From: Candidatus Micrarchaeia archaeon
GTDB taxonomy: Archaea; Micrarchaeota; Micrarchaeia; Burarchaeales; JACRGF01
Reading direction: 5' to 3'
Length of the DNA: 20,517 nt
NCBI GenBank assembly: GCA_038870455.1
Contig: JAWCPB010000022.1
Location: 1-20,517, forward strand
The translations under genes were made by a program, and so were the position numbers. The notes beneath the pieces are model-generated. The model did not search any database and was not told where the DNA came from. It saw only the letters and a program-made list of their open reading frames with translations. Positions within the stretch are counted from its first letter, which is position 1. Each line of letters opens with the position of its first letter. Of this stretch, positions 15,411 to 20,517 are shown in pieces.

Positions 15411-17804
15411 ATGCGCGCGGTGCTCATCGACGCTGACTACGTCACGAGGGGCGGCAGGGCGGTCATCCGCCTGCTGCTCAAGAGAAGGCGCTTTTTCAGG
15501 ATGTACGACGAGAACTTTAGCCCGTACCTCTACCTCCTCCCGCGCGGCAGCCTTGAGGAAGCCGAAAAGGAAGTAACCCTCTTGAGGCTCAGCGACCAGA
15601 AGGGCGGCGTCGTGCGCGCAGAAGGCATAGAGCGCACCAAGAAAACCATTTTCGGGAGAGAAAAGGAGGTTCTGAAGGTTTTCGCCCGCCACCCCTCGCA
15701 CGTTCCGCTCCTGCGCGACGCACTCACCGAAATCGGCGAGGTCTTCGAGCACAACATCCCCTTCGGCAGAAGGTACCTGATGGACAAGGGCCTCACCCCA
15801 CTCAATGAAATAGAGTTCGAGCGAGAGGGCCGCAGCATCACGCGCATACTCGGCGAGAGGGAGGCGGCGCCTTCCTTTCGCACGCTCGCCTTTGACATCG
15901 AGACCTACAACCCGCAGGGCGCGCCCAGGGAGGACAAGGACCCCGTCATCATGATATCGTACGCCGGAGACCACGGCGAAGGCGTGCTGACATTCAGGGA
16001 GTGCGGCCGCCCGTTCGCCAGGGTTTTCGCGAGCGAGGCTGAGCTGGTACGCGCGTTCTGCCGCCTCATTAAGGAAACGGATGCGGAGCTCCTGCTCGGC
16101 TACAACTCGACCTCGTTCGACCTTCCCTACCTGCGCGCGCGGGCGAGGGCGCTCGGCGCAGAGCTGCCGCTCGGGCGGGATGGAAGCGCCTTTCTCATGA
16201 AGAGGAGGGGGCTCTTCACGAGCGCGAAGATAAAGGGAAGGGTGCACATCGACGTGTATCACGTCGTGCGTTTTCTCGGCATCATCGGCGCGCTGAAGAG
16301 CTACCTCTACACGCTCGGCGAGGCCTACTCAGAGCTCGCCGGAAAGGAGAAGAAAGCGGTTGACAAGATGGCCATTCACACGATGTGGGATGATGCCCGG
16401 CTGCGCGGCGAGCTGGCCGACTACTCCCTCTCGGACGCGCGCGCGACGCTCGAGCTCGCGCGCTTGACGCTTCCCCTGCAGTTCGAGCTGTGCAGGATAG
16501 CGGGCCTGCCGCTCTCCGACGTCGTGGGAGCCACGAGCGGCCAGCTCGTCGAGGCGCTGCTGCTGCGCCGCGCGCACGCCGCGGGCGCCATCGCGCCGAA
16601 CAAGCCGAGCGCAGAGGAAGCGGCCGCGAGGGAGAGGGAGCCCATCGCGGGCGCTTTCGTCAAGATGCCCACGCCCGGCATATACGATAACATTGCGGTG
16701 TTCGACTTCAGGGGCCTGTACCCCAGCATCATCTGCTCGCACAACGTCGACCCAGCCACGCTCGACTGCGAGTGCTGCGTGGGAGACGGTCACCTCTCGC
16801 CGGCAGGCCACCGCTTCTGCGCCAAGAAAACGGGCCTCATCCCGGCCGTGCTCGCCGAAATCATTCAGAAGAGGGCCGCGATAAAGAAGGAGATGCGGAG
16901 GCTGGCCCCAGGCTCCGAGGCCTGGCGCGCTCTCGACGCCCGGCAGCAGGCGCTCAAGATATACGCCAACTCCTTCTACGGAATGTTCCGCTACGCCAGG
17001 GCGCGCTGGTACTCGCGCGCCTGCGGCGAGAGCGTCACGGCATGGGGGCGGCACTACATCCAGGAAACCGCGGCGAAGGCTGAGGAGGCAGGCTTCAGGG
17101 TCCTCTACATGGACACCGACAGCCTGTTCCTGCTTCTCGGGGACAAGACGAGGGACGACGCGCTCGCGTTCATGAAGCACATAAACGCGGCGCTGCCGGG
17201 CAACATGGAGCTTGAGCTCGAGGGGTTTTATGCGCGCGGCGTTTTCGTCACCCGCAAGGGGGTGAAGGAGGAAAAGGGCGCGAAGAAGAAGTATGCGCTG
17301 CTGGGCGAGGACGGGCGCATCAAGATAAGGGGCTTCGAGTTCGTCAGGCGGGACTGGGCGAGGGTCGCGAAGACGACGCAGGAGAGGGTGCTCGAGGCCA
17401 TTCTCAGGGAAGGCAGCAAGGAGAAGGCGGTCGCGGTGGTGCGCGAGGTCGTGGAGAGGCTGCGCGAGGGAAAGGTGCCGCTCGAGGAGCTGGTTATTTA
17501 TACGCAGCTGAGGAAAAGGCTCGGGGGGTACGAAGTGGTTTCGCCCGAGCTCGCGGCAGCGCAGAAGGCGCGCAGGGCAGGCATTCCGCTCGCCGAAGGC
17601 GCGCTCGTCGGCTACGTGGTCACGCGCGGGGGAGGCAGGGTGAGCGACAGGGCGGTGGTCGCCGAGCTCGCGCGCGACTACGACCCGGCCTACTACATTA
17701 ACAACCAAGTGCTTCCCGCAGTGCTCAAAATACTCGCCGAGCTCGGCGTCAGCGAGGACGAGCTCAAGGGAGAGGGAAAACAACAGACGCTCGCGGGCTG
17801 GTGA
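15411..17804 (+). CDS. polB: Family B DNA polymerase (PolB3 type), intein-free
   Basis: Exo I DIET, Exo II GYNSTSFDLPYL, Exo III YSLSD, DFRGLYPSII, KIYANSFYG, YMDTDS, KKKY, VRRDW. C-terminal PIP-like QQTLAGW. N-terminal uracil-pocket motifs DYV, PY, HPSHVP and EHNIPF. Confidence 0.98.
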   Translation: MRAVLIDADYVTRGGRAVIRLLLKRRRFFRMYDENFSPYLYLLPRGSLEEAEKEVTLLRLSDQKGGVVRAEGIERTKKTIFGREKEVLKVFARHPSHVPLLRDALTEIGEVFEHNIPFGRRYLMDKGLTPLNEIEFEREGRSITRILGEREAAPSFRTLAFDIETYNPQGAPREDKDPVIMISYAGDHGEGVLTFRECGRPFARVFASEAELVRAFCRLIKETDAELLLGYNSTSFDLPYLRARARALGAELPLGRDGSAFLMKRRGLFTSAKIKGRVHIDVYHVVRFLGIIGALKSYLYTLGEAYSELAGKEKKAVDKMAIHTMWDDARLRGELADYSLSDARATLELARLTLPLQFELCRIAGLPLSDVVGATSGQLVEALLLRRAHAAGAIAPNKPSAEEAAAREREPIAGAFVKMPTPGIYDNIAVFDFRGLYPSIICSHNVDPATLDCECCVGDGHLSPAGHRFCAKKTGLIPAVLAEIIQKRAAIKKEMRRLAPGSEAWRALDARQQALKIYANSFYGMFRYARARWYSRACGESVTAWGRHYIQETAAKAEEAGFRVLYMDTDSLFLLLGDKTRDDALAFMKHINAALPGNMELELEGFYARGVFVTRKGVKEEKGAKKKYALLGEDGRIKIRGFEFVRRDWARVAKTTQERVLEAILREGSKEKAVAVVREVVERLREGKVPLEELVIYTQLRKRLGGYEVVSPELAAAQKARRAGIPLAEGALVGYVVTRGGGRVSDRAVVAELARDYDPAYYINNQVLPAVLKILAELGVSEDELKGEGKQQTLAGW

Positions 17805-18517
17805 TTGCGTTGGCGAGGATATCCGGTGTTGAAAAAGCGCGGAGGAAGCTCCTCGGCGTGATGAAGGCGATTGGGAGGCAGAAGGCGGGCGTGCTGAGCG
17901 AGGAAGCCGCGAGGTCCCTCGGGGAAGAGTCTTTCGGCAGGGAGCTGCGGTGGGGCGACGTCATCGTCTCCTCAGCGGGCGGCGAGTTCTACGCCAGCGC
18001 CTTCCTGCGTCCCGACAGGGGAATGCGCGAGGCCCTGCCGCTGCTCAGCGACCTCGACTTCGCTTTCGAGTACATCGAGGCTCCCTCGGCCGCGCGGTTT
18101 GCCGAGCTCAAGGCCGGCTTCCTCAAGAGGCGCGAGAAGGCGAGGAAGGCCGTGTTCGCTGCGAGGAAGTCTGGCGACGAGCGCGCGGTGCGCAGCGGCC
18201 AGGAGGAGCTCGAGCGTGCCGAGCGCGGCCTGCTGAAAATAGAGGTTGCCGCCAGGCTCGCCGCCCAGCCCGGCTGCATCGGCAGGTACATCCTCACGAC
18301 CGCGCGCGCGGCGAGCAGGGAAGCCGCGGTGGAGCGCGTGCGCGCTCAAGCAAAGAAAATACTCTTCCGCACCGGCGGAAGCATGCTGAAGGAAAGCGAG
18401 ATAAAAAAATGCTTCGGCTGGGAAGAGGCGGTTGGAGAAGGGGTGGAGCGCTCGAGCCAAGAGCGGGGCATCGGCGCGTTCATAACAAGGGAGCTCAAGC
18501 GTCTTTTCGGTGGGTGA
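17801..18517 (+). CDS. Hypothetical protein
   Basis: Fills the gap exactly: GTG overlaps the polB TGA and its stop abuts the next ATG. Host-like codon usage; no family recognised. Confidence 0.75.
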   Translation: MIALARISGVEKARRKLLGVMKAIGRQKAGVLSEEAARSLGEESFGRELRWGDVIVSSAGGEFYASAFLRPDRGMREALPLLSDLDFAFEYIEAPSAARFAELKAGFLKRREKARKAVFAARKSGDERAVRSGQEELERAERGLLKIEVAARLAAQPGCIGRYILTTARAASREAAVERVRAQAKKILFRTGGSMLKESEIKKCFGWEEAVGEGVERSSQERGIGAFITRELKRLFGG

Positions 18518-19201
18518 ATGGGCGTAAAAGCCATACTGTTTGACATAGACGACACGCTTTTCCCAAGCAGCGAGTTCGCCGAGAAGGCGAGGAGGAACGC
18601 CATAGCGGCCATGGTCGAGGAGGGGCTCGAGCGTTCTGCCGACGAGGCGTACGCCGCGCTCGAGAGCATAATCAGGAAGTACGGCTCGAACTACCCGCGC
18701 CACTTCGACGCGCTGCTCGACCGACTTGGGGTGAAGGAGAACAGGGCGCGCCTCATAGCCGCAGGCGTTGCGGCCTACCACAACACCAAAGGCACCATAG
18801 CTCCCTTTCCCGACGTTCCAAAGACGCTCGTGCGGCTGCGCGACCTCGGCTACCGCCTTTACGCCGTGAGCGAGGGAAAGGCTGTCAAGCAGTGGGACAA
18901 GCTCATCCGCCTCGGCCTCGACTTCTTCTTTCACGGTGCGTTCATAAGCGAAGAGCTGGGGTGCGGAAAGAGCGTGAGGTTCTACCGCGCTGTGACGAGA
19001 AAGCTCGTCCTCAAGCCCGGCGAGCTCCTCATGGTGGGGGATCGCCTCGACAAGGACGTTGTTCCGGCGAAGAAGGCGGGCATGCGCGCGGTGCGCGTCC
19101 TCCAGGGCAAGTACGCCTCGCAGGCCGCAGGAAAGACTAGGCCAGACTTCGAGATAACGAGGGTGGGCGAGTTACTTGGCGTTCTCAAGCAGCTCGGGTG
19201 A
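18518..19201 (+). CDS. HAD-superfamily hydrolase (TIGR02253-like)
   Basis: ILFDIDDTL, ARRNAIAAMVEEGL, YGSNYPRHFD, QWDKLIRLGL, MVGDRLDKDV. Confidence 0.93.
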   Translation: MGVKAILFDIDDTLFPSSEFAEKARRNAIAAMVEEGLERSADEAYAALESIIRKYGSNYPRHFDALLDRLGVKENRARLIAAGVAAYHNTKGTIAPFPDVPKTLVRLRDLGYRLYAVSEGKAVKQWDKLIRLGLDFFFHGAFISEELGCGKSVRFYRAVTRKLVLKPGELLMVGDRLDKDVVPAKKAGMRAVRVLQGKYASQAAGKTRPDFEITRVGELLGVLKQLG

Positions 19202-20084
19202 AGCCACGCTGTTCGAGCAGGCTGGGCGCGCGACCGCGCGCGCCCGCGAAAAGGCCAGGGCGCTCGCCAAGCCGGGCGTGCCGCTCGAGGAGTTTGCCGA
19301 AAAGCTCGAGGCGTACATCGCAGAGCTCGGCTGCCGGCCCGCCTTTCCGATAAACATCTCGATAAACAACGTGGCTGCGCACTACACGCCCCCCAGGGGC
19401 GATGCCAGCGTCTTCGGGGAAAAAGATGTTGTGAAGATCGACCTCGGCGCCCAAGCGGGCGGGTGCTGCGGCGACACCGCGCTGACGCTCGACTTCTCCG
19501 GAGAGAACGGCCGGCTGCTCGAGGCAGCCGAGGCCGCGCTCGCCGCGGCCATCTCGGCAATCCGCGCCGGCGCACGGACGAGCGACGTGGGCGCGGCTGT
19601 CGAGCGCGAGATAACCTCACGCGGGTTCAGGCCCGTTGAGAACCTCACCGGCCACCAGATAAAAGCCGGCACGCTGCACGCTGGAAAAGCGATTCCGAAC
19701 ATCGGCACGCGCGACCACCAGGTTCTCGAAGAAGGCGACATCATCGCGGTCGAGCCTTTCGCCTCAACCGGCAGGGGCAGGGTGGCCGAGGGCACGATGG
19801 TCGAAATATTCAGTTTCGTCGGCCGGGCGGGCGTGCGGCTGCCCCAGTCCAGGGAAGTCGCAGCGTTCGTGGAAAAGGAGTACGGGAGCCTGCCGTTCGC
19901 CGAGCGCTGGCTCCACAGGAAATTTCCCTCGCGCCTCTTCATCCAGAGCGCTCTGCGGGAGTTGGCGCACGCCGGCGCGCTGCGCCCTCACCCCATCCTT
20001 TCAGACGCGCCGGGCTCGCTCGTGAGCCAGGCAGAGCACACCGTGCTCGTGGAAAAGGGCGGGTGCAGCATACTCACGCGCTAG
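19176..20084 (+). CDS. map: Type II methionine aminopeptidase (start uncertain)
   Basis: AFPINIS..AAHYTP, KIDLG..GDTA, NLTGH, LHAG, AVEPFA, helical insert with LPFAERW, SQAEHTV. Confidence 0.96.
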   Translation: MAFSSSSGEATLFEQAGRATARAREKARALAKPGVPLEEFAEKLEAYIAELGCRPAFPINISINNVAAHYTPPRGDASVFGEKDVVKIDLGAQAGGCCGDTALTLDFSGENGRLLEAAEAALAAAISAIRAGARTSDVGAAVEREITSRGFRPVENLTGHQIKAGTLHAGKAIPNIGTRDHQVLEEGDIIAVEPFASTGRGRVAEGTMVEIFSFVGRAGVRLPQSREVAAFVEKEYGSLPFAERWLHRKFPSRLFIQSALRELAHAGALRPHPILSDAPGSLVSQAEHTVLVEKGGCSILTR

Positions 20085-20517
20085 TTCCGCGTGAAAACGA
20101 AGCCAAGCACAGCGAGCAGCGCGGCCCCGACGCCGCAGCAGGCGGGACCTCCACCACCGGCCTCTTGATAAGCCTGCCTGAGCGCGGTCTGAAGCTGCGC
20201 CGCGTCCGCAGCGTCGTAGTACCTGCCTCCGCCAGCGGCCGCCACCCGCGTCATCTGCTGCTGGGCGGCCTGGTCAAGCTGAAAGCCCACGATGTTGATG
20301 ACATCAACTCCCTGCGCCCTGGCCTGCGCCGCAGCCTCCTCCGGGTCGCCGCCGCACGTCTCCTCCCCGTCGGTGAGCAGCACAATGGCACCGCTTCCCA
20401 CCGTGGAGCGCATGTACGCCGCTCCCTCGGTTATCGCGTCGGCTATGGGCGTGCTGCTCTCCGCTGTAATCCGCTCAATCTGCGAGACCAGCGCCTGCTT
20501 GTTCGTGGTGAACCCCT
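20081..20517 (-). CDS. vWA-domain protein, 3' part (runs off the window), with a C-terminal membrane anchor
   Basis: Frame open from the edge: GFTTNKQALVSQIERITAESSTPIADAI...IVLLTDGEETCGGDP...INIVGF...GGRYYDA. Ends GGGGPACCGVGAALLAVLGFVFTRN. Confidence 0.9.
   Translation of the reverse strand, partial: GFTTNKQALVSQIERITAESSTPIADAITEGAAYMRSTVGSGAIVLLTDGEETCGGDPEEAAAQARAQGVDVINIVGFQLDQAAQQQMTRVAAAGGGRYYDAADAAQLQTALRQAYQEAGGGGPACCGVGAALLAVLGFVFTRN

Noticed and set aside
15411..17804. PolB as inactivated, intein-containing or mobile-element-borne (YMDTDS, DFRGLYP variants)
   Set aside because: All catalytic Asp residues and Exo motifs are present, the length is normal, the context is housekeeping, and there is no integrase, casposase or terminal repeat.
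16329..19942. Minus-strand ORFs 16329-17783, 17972-18934, 18982-19620 and 19382-19942
   Set aside because: They are shadow frames opposite polB, the hypothetical gene, the HAD gene and map.

Overview
This window is a compact, high-GC archaeal chromosome segment. The archaeal call rests on rps19e, rpl39e, rpl31e, aIF6, rplX, prefoldin alpha, Rpp21, Pus10 and a PolB3-type polymerase. A DPANN/Micrarchaeota-like origin is my inference only. The left half (all minus strand) runs sufS - rnp4 - rps19e - PDCD5-like - rpl39e - rpl31e - aIF6 - stand-alone tRNA-binding OB domain - rplX - pfdA - ftsY, then a MacB-type ABC module with a COG1361-like protein, then a lower-GC secreted beta-helix/PQQ-propeller surface protein. 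The middle has pus10 and an A24 prepilin peptidase (+) converging on rtcA and a DUF92 gene (-). The right half (+) has a coiled-coil protein, polB, an unknown protein, a HAD hydrolase and map, converging on a partial vWA protein. Most of it is housekeeping, and I found no CRISPR array, tRNA, rRNA, transposase or reverse transcriptase. The best leads are four. (1) A promoter-bounded structured RNA candidate (cUUCGg hairpin, 9-bp hairpin, U-tract) sits upstream of rtcA. (2) Near-identical 120-bp propeller repeats vary mostly in two patches, one carrying a frameshift. (3) An unknown polB-coupled protein ends in a MinD-type membrane-targeting tail (LKRLFGG). (4) There is an ORB-like palindrome, a possible CTG start for rps19e, and a Cys-Cys C-terminal sorting-like tail.
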